A stretch of 64,000 bases of DNA. Origin: Candidatus Bathyarchaeota archaeon. Its GTDB lineage: Archaea; Thermoproteota; Bathyarchaeia; Bathyarchaeales; Bathycorpusculaceae. The notes below the pieces were generated by a model. It worked only from the letters and a program-made list of their open reading frames with translations, was not told the DNA's origin and searched no databases. Both the position numbers and the translations under genes were made by a program. Shown piece after piece: positions 1 through 8,881 of this stretch. The stretch covers positions 1,952,001 through 2,016,000 of the forward strand of contig OY970176.1 of assembly GCA_963707955.1 (NCBI GenBank), in the 5' to 3' direction. Numbering within the stretch: the stretch's first letter is position 1; every line of letters starts with the position of its first letter.

Positions 1-1
1 C

Positions 2-295
2 GAGATTCTTGACAAAGTGGCCACGGAGGATGAGGCGAAAACCATAGACGAGCTGCAAACTTTTCTGAAAGAACACAACCATCCCGTCGTAGAAAGATGG
101 AAAGAAGAGGCGGTTGCCGTTGAAGAAGCGGCACCAACAGAGACGCCGCAGGAAGCAGACATGATTCCTGTGGCCACCGCGGCAACCTTGCCCATAACAG
201 CCGGCGGGTTCAAAATCATATTGAAGGACGCCAAAATCTACGCCAAAAAAGTCATCATACGTTCTCAGAAGAGCGAGAAAACTGAAAAAAGGTGA
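2..295 (+). CDS. cdhC: ACDS complex beta subunit (acetyl-CoA synthase), C-terminal fragment, 5'-truncated by the window
   Basis: Open from base 2 (EILDKVATEDEAKTIDELQTFLKEHNHPVVERW resembles the CdhC C-terminus); directly upstream of cdhD and cdhE. Confidence 0.75.
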   Translation, partial: EILDKVATEDEAKTIDELQTFLKEHNHPVVERWKEEAVAVEEAAPTETPQEADMIPVATAATLPITAGGFKIILKDAKIYAKKVIIRSQKSEKTEKR

Positions 296-1518
296 AAGCG
301 TTGCCAAAGGATGAGAAGAAAGAAGCCGTAGGGCTCAAGCTGACTCCACGCCTAATAGAAATCCTCGCGAAACTCCAAGAAATCGAACTTGAAGACTTCC
401 AGATGGACGTCGGAGACTTAGAAATATGGATACAGCCTGGAACAGCCGCTGTCTCCAGGCTTGCTCAGCAGAAAACAATCCCCCAACTGAAGCTCAAGCC
501 TACGGAAATAATCGAAGCAGAATTCGTTCCACCGGTTGAAACCTACCCGGGCAAAATCGTTGAGGTGAAGCTTGGAGGAACAAAGGGTGAGGGTGGAACC
601 CGCGGCAAGTCTCTGACGATAGGAGGAGAGACTGCACCTGCCTTCTACACTTTTGAAAGGTCAATGCCGCATCCTCCAGTCGTGGCCGTGGACATTTTCG
701 ACATAAAGGTCCCACTGGCCAAGGCCGTGAAGATGCACGTGAAAGAAGTTTTGGAAGACCCAGCTGCTTGGGCCAAGCTTGCAGTCGAAAAGTTCGGGGC
801 TGAAATGCTGACCCTGCATCTCATAAGCATCGATCCGCTTATCAAGGATGCTTCACCGAAGGAAGCCGTGAAAACGGTTGAGAACGTTGTCCAAGCCGTC
901 GACGTGCCCCTGATGATCGGAGGTTGCGGAGACCCAGTCAAAGACGCGGACGTTTTCGAAGCCATCTGTGACACATTCAAAGGAGAGAGATTCCTGATAA
1001 ACTCGATAACGAAGGACATGGACGTTGAGAGGTGCGCAAAGTTCGTCAAAAAGAATGGACACGTAGCGTTGTCTTTCACTCCTATGGACATGAACATGGC
1101 CAGAGAGCTCAACCGCAGGCTCTACGATTTTCTGCCAAGAGAAGACATAGTTATGGATTTGACTACAGCGGCGCTTGGTTACGGTCTGGACTATGCGTTC
1201 ACCAACATGGAAAGAGCCAGACTCTCCGGCTTAATGGGAGACTCAGAATTGGCGCATCCCATGTCCTCAGGAACCACCAACGCCTGGGCTGCTAGAGAAG
1301 CTTGGATGGAAATGGCTCCAGAGTGGGAACCCCGCGAGCTCAGAGGCCCCCTTTGGGAACTGACCACTGCACTCACCCTCCTGCTTGCAGGGGTCGACTT
1401 GTTTATGATGATGCATCCGGCCGCAATGAAAACCGTCAAGGACGTAACTCGCCAACTGTTAAGTGGAAGCCAAAGCGACGCTAGTAAACTCGCACAATGG
1501 GTTTCCATGAAGACCTAA
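292..1518 (+). CDS. cdhD: ACDS complex delta subunit (corrinoid FeS protein small subunit)
   Basis: Motifs TIGGET, GGCGDPVKD, MDLTTAALGYGLDYAFTNMERARL, NAWAAREAW, MMHP; start may be TTG 301. Confidence 0.93.
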   Translation: MKALPKDEKKEAVGLKLTPRLIEILAKLQEIELEDFQMDVGDLEIWIQPGTAAVSRLAQQKTIPQLKLKPTEIIEAEFVPPVETYPGKIVEVKLGGTKGEGGTRGKSLTIGGETAPAFYTFERSMPHPPVVAVDIFDIKVPLAKAVKMHVKEVLEDPAAWAKLAVEKFGAEMLTLHLISIDPLIKDASPKEAVKTVENVVQAVDVPLMIGGCGDPVKDADVFEAICDTFKGERFLINSITKDMDVERCAKFVKKNGHVALSFTPMDMNMARELNRRLYDFLPREDIVMDLTTAALGYGLDYAFTNMERARLSGLMGDSELAHPMSSGTTNAWAAREAWMEMAPEWEPRELRGPLWELTTALTLLLAGVDLFMMMHPAAMKTVKDVTRQLLSGSQSDASKLAQWVSMKT

Positions 1519-1538
1519 ACCAAGGAGCGCTACACCAA

Positions 1539-2978
1539 ATGAGTGAAAGAGAAAGCAAAGTCAAAACGGGAATCAAGGAGCTAAGCCCACTTGACGTTTA
1601 CAAGCTTCTTCCCAAAACAAATTGCAAGGAGTGCGGCGAAGAAAACTGCATGGCCTTTGCAACAAAGGTCGTGAACCGTGAAGTATCGCTGGAAAAGTGT
1701 CCTCCCCTCCTGACTAAGAAGTATGAGAAATCCTACAAACAGTTGAAGGAAATGCTGAAGCCTGCTGTGAGAGAGGTCGTCCTAGGCATTGGAGATAAAG
1801 CCGTCAAGATCGGCGGAAAACTCGTCATGTACCGACACGAGTTCACGTATTCCAACCCAACGGCAATAGCCCTCGACGTCACCGACGAAATGCCTCAAGA
1901 AGAGATATCGGAAAGAATAAGGAAGGTTGAACACTTCAGCTTTGAATACATAGGACAAACCCTGAAGCTGGACATGATCGCTGTCCGTTCCACTTCGGAC
2001 GACCCGGACAAGTTCAAGGCAACAGTGCAGAAAGTGACTGAGAACACAAAACTACCGCTAATCCTTTGTTCACTGAACCCAGCTGTCCTCGAAGCAGGAT
2101 TGATGGTCGCCGCAAAGACAAGACCACTTCTGTATGCTGCCACAAAGGACAACTGGAAAGAGATGGCCGAACTGTCCCAAATGTACAACTGCCCCCTGAC
2201 AGTTCTTGCGCCAGGCGATCTGAAACTGTTGAGATCTCTAACGAAGACCCTGCTTGAATATGGGGTTCAAGACCTCGTCTTAGACCCAGGCACTTTTCCG
2301 GACGAAGGCTTGGCTGACATGTTAAGCAACTTCACAATGCTTCGCCGAGCTGCATGCAAGAGAGGAGATGAACTCTCAGGTTTTCCGCTGATCGGCATCC
2401 CATTAGTCGCGTGGATGGACAGAGGCAACACTCAGGAAGAGATTCTGAAGTGGCGTGAAGCCTATTTAGCTGCGATGCTTATCACGCGTTACGCAGACGT
2501 TTTGATAATGCACAACGTTGACGGCTGGGCGCTTCTTCCACCCGTTGTGCTGCGACAGAACATCTACACAGACCCGCGGAAACCAGTAGCCGTCGAACCT
2601 GGACTCAAGGTTTTCGGGACTCCAGATGAGAACTCGCCCGTGATGTTCACCACAAACTTCGCGCTAACATACTACACTGTGGCTTCAGACATAGAGTCTG
2701 CAAAGTTGAACGTCTACCTCTTAGTAATCGACACTGAAGGAATAGCCGTGGACAGCGCCGTCGCAGGCCGAAAGTTGACGGCGGAAAAGGTCGCCGATGC
2801 GGTAAAGGCTTCTGGAATTGAAAGCAAGGTCAAGCATAAAAAATTGTTGATTCCAGGAAAAGCCGCACGTCTAAGCGGCGAAATCGAGGAAATGAGCGGG
2901 TGGCAAGTGTTGGTTGGACCCCGTGACTCGTCAGAAATCCCGAAATACCTGAAGGAAAAATACCAAGGCCCAGCGTAG
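1539..2978 (+). CDS. cdhE: ACDS complex gamma subunit (corrinoid FeS protein large subunit)
   Basis: LPKTNCKECGEENCMAFA...CP FeS motif, RQNIYTDPRKP, TTNFALTYYTV, VGPRDSSEIP; ATG 1539 preferred over 1497. Confidence 0.95.
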   Translation: MSERESKVKTGIKELSPLDVYKLLPKTNCKECGEENCMAFATKVVNREVSLEKCPPLLTKKYEKSYKQLKEMLKPAVREVVLGIGDKAVKIGGKLVMYRHEFTYSNPTAIALDVTDEMPQEEISERIRKVEHFSFEYIGQTLKLDMIAVRSTSDDPDKFKATVQKVTENTKLPLILCSLNPAVLEAGLMVAAKTRPLLYAATKDNWKEMAELSQMYNCPLTVLAPGDLKLLRSLTKTLLEYGVQDLVLDPGTFPDEGLADMLSNFTMLRRAACKRGDELSGFPLIGIPLVAWMDRGNTQEEILKWREAYLAAMLITRYADVLIMHNVDGWALLPPVVLRQNIYTDPRKPVAVEPGLKVFGTPDENSPVMFTTNFALTYYTVASDIESAKLNVYLLVIDTEGIAVDSAVAGRKLTAEKVADAVKASGIESKVKHKKLLIPGKAARLSGEIEEMSGWQVLVGPRDSSEIPKYLKEKYQGPA

Positions 2979-3123
2979 TTTCCATCTAGAGCGCGCCTTC
3001 TGAACTTCGCTCTTGTGGCTTCAGACTCTATTCTAACAATAGACACTTGTTCGCTTGTTCGAATCATCATGCGCTTTGCTCGTCACCTCAATCTTAAACT
3101 AAGGGATTGATAATATTCAATCA

Positions 3124-3834
3124 TTGAGAAAGATGAAGCTCAGCGGAGGTCAAGTCAAAGCAGTGCTTTTTGACTTGGGAGGCACGTTAGTCAATATAGA
3201 TAACAGTAAGGATCCTCAGGTGATGAAGAGGATGCTTGGAGACTGCGGGGTCAATCGTTCTTTGAAAGATGTGTCAAAGGAATGGGTGAGATCTTGGGAA
3301 GGACTGAATTTCCGACAGATAGCAAAGCTTCTTGATGAGTTTTGGGTTCAACAGAACTTACAGGTTCTGCGCAATCTCCGAGTTGAATTGAATGCTGAAA
3401 AGCTGGCCAGATTCATTGCATCTCACTGGTGGGAATATGCCAACGTGAGTCTTTATCCAGACGCCCAAGAGATGCTTCCGCGGCTTAAGGGAAAGGGTTT
3501 GAAGATAGGACTCGTAACGAATGGATTGCAGAGCGACACAAACCAGATACTGCCCAAAGTGGGTTTACAAGGTTTTTTTGATGTTGTGGTTGTGGTTGAC
3601 ACTTTGCGGAAGATGAAACCTGACGCAGAGGTTTTCCGTTATGCGTTAGAGAAGATGAAGGCGACCTCGCCTGAAGCTATGTTCGTTGGGGATGACATCG
3701 AAGCAGACTACAAGGGAGCGCAAAGGATTGGGCTAAAGGCGTTTTTGATTGACCGTGAGGGCAAAGTTCGGGATGAGAGCGTGAACAGGATATCTAGTTT
3801 AGAAGAATTACTTGAACCTAGCGACAGAAGATAG
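3124..3834 (+). CDS. HAD-superfamily hydrolase
   Basis: FDLGGTL motif I, VTNG motif II, KPD and VGDD motifs III/IV. Confidence 0.88.
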   Translation: MRKMKLSGGQVKAVLFDLGGTLVNIDNSKDPQVMKRMLGDCGVNRSLKDVSKEWVRSWEGLNFRQIAKLLDEFWVQQNLQVLRNLRVELNAEKLARFIASHWWEYANVSLYPDAQEMLPRLKGKGLKIGLVTNGLQSDTNQILPKVGLQGFFDVVVVVDTLRKMKPDAEVFRYALEKMKATSPEAMFVGDDIEADYKGAQRIGLKAFLIDREGKVRDESVNRISSLEELLEPSDRR

Positions 3835-3927
3835 ACGGTTTCAACAGTTTTACCGTCTGGACTATGAGCGAATAAGAATACATGAAGAGGTCTTTTTCGT
3901 CGACTGGGCAATTCTTTCTTGTAGACG

Positions 3928-4401
3928 CTAAGATTTAGAACTCCGCGGTCTAGTGTAATCTTCAGGTTTCGGAAAGGCTTCTTTAACTCTCTCAAAACGT
4001 CTTTTAGTATCGATGCTGTGCTGCAAAGCCACAACGTCTCTTGCCTTGCTGAATCTTTCTGAGCTTCCGTCTGGTCTTTTTCTCGTAATCTTTATGCAGT
4101 CATCCACTATGCAGTTTAAGACACAAGCGCCGCAATATATGCAAAGATGTTCCGTAAGTCCGACTTCTCCCAGCTTCCAAAACAAAGCGTTTGTTGGACA
4201 AGTCTTTATGCAAAGCTTGCATTCAACACCCTTGCACGTTCTCTTGTTGATGGATATGCTTCCTTCGGCGAAGAATTCTTTTATGCCCAGCGGGGTCAGG
4301 AGCTCCTCTTTTCGCTTCTTTTTCTCTTGTTCGGCCGTTTCTGTTAGCATCTCGAACATGTCGGTGCTCGAATGTTTGCTGGGCTTGCTTTCCTTTCGCA
4401 T
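3928..4401 (-). CDS. 2x[4Fe-4S] ferredoxin-domain protein
   Basis: CKGVECKLCIKTCP and CIYCGACVLNC cluster motifs. Confidence 0.85.
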   Translation of the reverse strand: MRKESKPSKHSSTDMFEMLTETAEQEKKKRKEELLTPLGIKEFFAEGSISINKRTCKGVECKLCIKTCPTNALFWKLGEVGLTEHLCIYCGACVLNCIVDDCIKITRKRPDGSSERFSKARDVVALQHSIDTKRRFERVKEAFPKPEDYTRPRSSKS

Positions 4402-4579
4402 TTGTTTCCTCTTTCGACCATGTATGACATTTGAGATGTATAATCATCGTGAATTATAATTACTTATCCCAAATATGCAACCGAGAACCAAAATCAAAGT
4501 CGAAAGGAAAAACGTTTCAGAATCGAATCTGAGAAAACAGGACTTATCCCAACAAAGGTCTCTAGTTCTCAAGAGGAAG

Positions 4580-4586
4580 TTTATAA
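4580..4586 (+). promoter_or_regulatory. Putative TATA box upstream of cooT
   Basis: TTTATAA preceded by purine-rich GAGGAAG, about 40 nt before ATG 4628. Confidence 0.4.
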
Positions 4587-4627
4587 CCGACGTTGGTGTT
4601 TTCGTCTAAGTGCTGGTTGGGCTGAAA

Positions 4628-4807
4628 ATGTGTGAATTCACCGTGATTCTCGATGGAAAAGAAGTGTTCAAAGAAGTGGTTTACGCTAAGATGGAGGGTG
4701 GCAAGGTGATCCTTCAGGATGTGCTTGGAGAATCTCTGCAATTTGACAACTGTAGGATCACAGAAGTTAACGTAAACTCGACGCGGCTGATTCTATCGCG
4801 CTTCTGA
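4628..4807 (+). CDS. cooT: CooT-family nickel-binding protein (CODH maturation)
   Basis: 59 aa, begins MCE, contains DVLGE; located near the ACDS genes. Confidence 0.8.
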   Translation: MCEFTVILDGKEVFKEVVYAKMEGGKVILQDVLGESLQFDNCRITEVNVNSTRLILSRF

Positions 4808-4902
4808 GTCGACTGTACTCGGGCGTCATGTGCTTTAGAATATGCGTCGTCTTCTCTTGATTTCGAAAATGGAATTGCAGAGAAGTCTGCCATGTTTTTC
4901 AG

Positions 4903-6522
4903 TTATTGCCTTATTCCGCTCTTTTCAATGATTTTCGGCAGGACCCATTCAAAACCGACGGCCATTAAGTGAAGCCCTGAAGCACTTGTTGTTCTGCGGA
5001 TTTCGCCGATCAGGTTAGCGAAGGATTCGATGTTTTCCTCCAGAAACGCTTCCTTGCTTCTTTGTCTTGCGTTCCGGAGGCGTTGCTCCAAGTCAGGTGG
5101 AACCTTTATTCCTGGCACGAACTTGATCATCCAATCCATCATGGCTTGCGATTTGAAGGGTGCGATTCCAAGCAGGACAGGCGTTTTGAGATAGGACACT
5201 GCTTTCATGAAGTTTTCGGCTTGTTCTACGCTGTAGACGCATTGGGTTTGTATGAAATCGACTCCGAGTTTGACCTTTCTTTCGATTTTCAGAATTTCGG
5301 CCTCTAAGGGGTCAGCGTTGGGTGACGCTCCAATACCGATGTTAAACTTAGGTGGCTCTTCTATTTTGTTCCCGTTCAGGTCTAGGCCCTCGTCGACCAC
5401 TTTTCTCAGCATGTAAACCAACGTTGCCGAGTCTAAGTCGAAGACCGGTTTGGCCTGTGGCATGTCGCCGACCGTTGTGTAGTCGCCCGTTATGGCCAAG
5501 ATGTTCTTTATTCCCAGAGTGCCAGCGGCTAGCACGTCAGAAAGCAGTGCTATACGGTTCCTATCCCTAGTGGTTATCTGAAAAACGGCTTCTACGCACG
5601 CTTCTCTTTGGACCAGATAAGATGAAACAAGCCCGTTGAAAAACCCGAAGGCTGTAGGATTGTCCGTCACGTTGATCGCAGCAACATGGCCTTTCAAGAT
5701 CTTCGCGCTTTCAATGACTTCGTGAAGATTTGTCGTTTTCATCGGTTCAAGTTCGCCCGTGAAGACGTACCTGCCGTCTTTGAGTTGCTTCATCAACTCT
5801 CCGTAGGTTTCCCTAGTCACGTTTTTCACAGGTTCCTCTTTCATCTCTGTCTTCGTTTTCTCTGTAATCGTTTCCATGGCCAGCTGTCGTGGGTGTTCGG
5901 AGATTCGGTAGTCCTTGGGTATCCTGAATTTCTTGAAGAGGTCTAGCTCGTTTCTTTCTATGAGTCTGTTGTAGATCAGAATCCATGCGCAGTCGTTTTT
6001 CCAGCCTCCTGCCTCGCATTTTCCCTTCACCTGTCCCCCGCATGGTCCGTTGAGAAGACTTTTGGCGCACCGAGTTATCGGACATATGGAGCCTGTTTCG
6101 CCCAGGAGGCATTCTCCGCATCCTCTGCACCTCTCGTGCATGGCTGCGCCGTCGCGATCTTGCGACCCGAGGAAAACTGTGTCTTGGGCAGGATAAATTG
6201 GAATGTTCGGAAAAACTTCTGCTAGGGTTTGCACTCCGACGCCGCATGCCAGAGACAGTACGGCGTCGATGTCCTTGACTTGGGGTGTTAGGGTTGTGTT
6301 GACTTCATAATTGTCACACTGTTTGCCCATCGTCGTTGGTGTGCACTTGAATTCTTTGTTCTTGAGTTTTCCACCCATTTCCACAAGCATAGTGAAAGTT
6401 TTAGCCTCTCGTAATCCTCTCGGAGGAGTCGTACAGCCATCGCAGCCCACGACCAGAATCCTCTTGTACGGTGCTAGCAGACGCAATATTTCCTCCAGAG
6501 CTTTCTCTTTTGTCACTATCAT
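4903..6522 (-). CDS. metF: Fused MetV-MetF methylenetetrahydrofolate reductase
   Basis: N-half MetV (GCDGC, LACGVGVQ, ERCRGCGEC, CPITRCAKSLLNGPCGG, CAW); C-half MetF (GELEP, NVTDNP, RDRNRIAL, TGD, PVFDLDS, FIQTQ). Confidence 0.9.
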   Translation of the reverse strand: MIVTKEKALEEILRLLAPYKRILVVGCDGCTTPPRGLREAKTFTMLVEMGGKLKNKEFKCTPTTMGKQCDNYEVNTTLTPQVKDIDAVLSLACGVGVQTLAEVFPNIPIYPAQDTVFLGSQDRDGAAMHERCRGCGECLLGETGSICPITRCAKSLLNGPCGGQVKGKCEAGGWKNDCAWILIYNRLIERNELDLFKKFRIPKDYRISEHPRQLAMETITEKTKTEMKEEPVKNVTRETYGELMKQLKDGRYVFTGELEPMKTTNLHEVIESAKILKGHVAAINVTDNPTAFGFFNGLVSSYLVQREACVEAVFQITTRDRNRIALLSDVLAAGTLGIKNILAITGDYTTVGDMPQAKPVFDLDSATLVYMLRKVVDEGLDLNGNKIEEPPKFNIGIGASPNADPLEAEILKIERKVKLGVDFIQTQCVYSVEQAENFMKAVSYLKTPVLLGIAPFKSQAMMDWMIKFVPGIKVPPDLEQRLRNARQRSKEAFLEENIESFANLIGEIRRTTSASGLHLMAVGFEWVLPKIIEKSGIRQ

Positions 6523-7739
6523 TCTTTTATAGCTCCCTTCATAGATGATGAATCTATCTTTTCCATAAATGACTTAACGTGACCGTCCAGATCTCCGGCG
6601 TTCTTCGGGGACACGAAGCACATTTCAAGTCTTTCTTCAAGGTTGACTTCGGCTAGCAGTTTTTTCAGCGAAGCGATGCGCTGCTCAGCTTCTTCGTTCC
6701 CTTTTTCCAGTTTGCACTCGTCCTTCTTGCAGGCTGCAACGAGAACGCCGTCGAAACCCAAATGGAACGCCTCGAGTATGTGCAACGTGTCCACTCTGCC
6801 CGCACACGGAAGTCCTTCAAACACGACGTTTTTGATAGCGGTTTTCCGGGGCAGGTCGAGGTTGGAAAACTCGCTCCATTGACAACCCAAAACCAGGATG
6901 ACCGGTTTCTTGTTTTTCTGTCTCATTCTCGGAATAAGCGAGCGATAGTTGCGAATCTGCTGGGAGATAGTTTCGTACTCGAAACCGTCCAGCTCGATGG
7001 CAAGCGCTGGACAGACTGCCACGCAGGCTCCGCAGCCTGAACAACTCTTTAAATCTAGCTGCGGCACTTTCGAGGCTTCCATCTTTATCGCGCTGTATGG
7101 GCAGATGTAGTGGCAGTTTCCGCAGCCAATACATCGGTCGCTGTCGATGTGCGCTTTTATTGACCGTTTCGTTATAGTCAAAGTGTCTGGCTTAAAACCT
7201 AGCTCACTTAAGAGGCTCTGAACTAGGACAAGTCTGCGCGTGCCAATCATGCTTCCATCTTTGAACCGGCAATATTTATCTTCGCAGGGCATTATCGCCA
7301 GCTTGTTTATTCCTGATGCTAGTGCTTTGAACAAAAATTCTGGTGGCACGCGTCCGACGCATGGCAAAATTACGGAGACGAAATTGTCAAAGTGCCGCTT
7401 GTCTAACTCGTCCGCAGTCACTTTCTCAGAGGAACCAGTACCCCGACATGTCAGAAGCAGCTTATCTGAGCCCGTCTTGTGCATGGTTTTTCCAATGTAG
7501 CTTAATAGTGAATCAGCATTGTAATAGATTGTCTCTATCGCCGAAGCTGGGCAAGCGCTGGAACAGATGCCGCAAGCTTGGCATTTTTCGATGTTTAACT
7601 TGATTTCGCCAGCTTTTTCTTCGAACGATATGGCGTCGAAGGGACAGACGGATGGGCAAATCATGCACCTGCCACAATTGACATCACTTATTCTTACGCT
7701 TGCTTCCATCCGCATCTTTTCACTCGGATTTTCGGTCAT
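6519..7739 (-). CDS. Tandem (ferredoxin-MvhD/FlpD)x2 iron-sulfur protein
   Basis: Four CxxCxxCxxxCP motifs; two MvhD-like units (PCVGRV...CEDKYC and PCAGRVD...GFDGVLVAAC...C); its stop overlaps the metVF start. Confidence 0.85.
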   Translation of the reverse strand: MTENPSEKMRMEASVRISDVNCGRCMICPSVCPFDAISFEEKAGEIKLNIEKCQACGICSSACPASAIETIYYNADSLLSYIGKTMHKTGSDKLLLTCRGTGSSEKVTADELDKRHFDNFVSVILPCVGRVPPEFLFKALASGINKLAIMPCEDKYCRFKDGSMIGTRRLVLVQSLLSELGFKPDTLTITKRSIKAHIDSDRCIGCGNCHYICPYSAIKMEASKVPQLDLKSCSGCGACVAVCPALAIELDGFEYETISQQIRNYRSLIPRMRQKNKKPVILVLGCQWSEFSNLDLPRKTAIKNVVFEGLPCAGRVDTLHILEAFHLGFDGVLVAACKKDECKLEKGNEEAEQRIASLKKLLAEVNLEERLEMCFVSPKNAGDLDGHVKSFMEKIDSSSMKGAIKE

Positions 7740-8000
7740 TTCAACCCTCCTAGAACCGACTTTGGCAGGTCAATGGTGGTGACAGTTCGGTCCTTCAATC
7801 TCGGATCGTTTCAAGAAGTTTGATACCAGAGTAGGTCTTTACAGATAAATGTTACTCGATAAACTCAGACAAACTAATCAACGTGCAGTGTGAAGTCACG
7901 TTGTGAAAACAGGCCGAGAACGGGCTGTGAATATGTCGAAGAGGAAATAGAACGTATCATGGGGCGAAAAAGGATGAACGCAGCTGTTGATCAAACACGC

Positions 8001-8807
8001 ATGAACGGAGAGATATTTCCGAGGTTCGTTGATGCGCACGTCCATCTGTCAGACAAAGAATATTCAGAATGTATTGACGAAATCCTACAGGAAGCTCGAA
8101 TGGCAAATGTTGTTGCTCTGGTCTCAAATTCTGTTGACCTAAAAACTAGCATCAAAAGCCTAGAGTTGGCTGGAAAATATGCTGGCTTGGTCTATGCTGC
8201 ACTGGGAATCCAACCTGTAAGCGTTGAGCACCTGGCTGAGGAGGAGCTTGAAAGAACGCTGAACTTGATTTCGAAGCAAGAGATGAACAAAGCAATGGTT
8301 GCCATTGGCGAGATAGGTTTGGACGCAAATCATATGAGCACTTGGAATGATCAGCTGAGGGTCTTTGATGAAATGCTGCACTGCGCTGAAAGAATGAGAT
8401 TGCCTATCATAGTCCATTCAAGGGGTGCTGCTGAACAGGTGATAGATAGGCTTCCATCATACAATTTGGTGAGAGTTCTGCTTCACTTTTTCACCGGCCC
8501 AGCTGATGCGTTGTCCAAGGCTATTGAGAATGGTTACTACGTCTCAGAGGGACCTGCGGCTGTGTACTCCGAAGGAATACGTGAAGTCGTGAGAAAAGTT
8601 CCGATAACGAACCTGCTGACTGAAACCGATGGGCCTGTGCGTTTCTACAAACCGCCTTTCAAAGGGAAAAGGACCACGCCGGCTTTTATCCCTGAAGTTG
8701 TGAGGGCGATCGCAAAAATCAAAGAGACGAGTGAACAGAGTGTTGCTGAGAAGATAGCCGGCAACTTTGATCAGTTCTTCACGTTGAAACTGAGCGTACC
8801 AAGGTAA
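8001..8807 (+). CDS. tatD: TatD-family nuclease
   Basis: DAHVHL, AIGEIGLD, VHSRGA, LHFF, ETDGP; ATG 8001 preferred. Confidence 0.9.
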   Translation: MNGEIFPRFVDAHVHLSDKEYSECIDEILQEARMANVVALVSNSVDLKTSIKSLELAGKYAGLVYAALGIQPVSVEHLAEEELERTLNLISKQEMNKAMVAIGEIGLDANHMSTWNDQLRVFDEMLHCAERMRLPIIVHSRGAAEQVIDRLPSYNLVRVLLHFFTGPADALSKAIENGYYVSEGPAAVYSEGIREVVRKVPITNLLTETDGPVRFYKPPFKGKRTTPAFIPEVVRAIAKIKETSEQSVAEKIAGNFDQFFTLKLSVPR

Positions 8808-8881
8808 GTCTATGTTCCCAATGCTAAGGAGGAAAGCGGCCAAATTCGGTTTTTCTGAATTGAATATTGCAGTTCCGAGTG

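Noticed and set aside
6519-7739. Possible selenocysteine in the MvhD-like domains
   Set aside because: No in-frame TGA; the ligand positions are Cys
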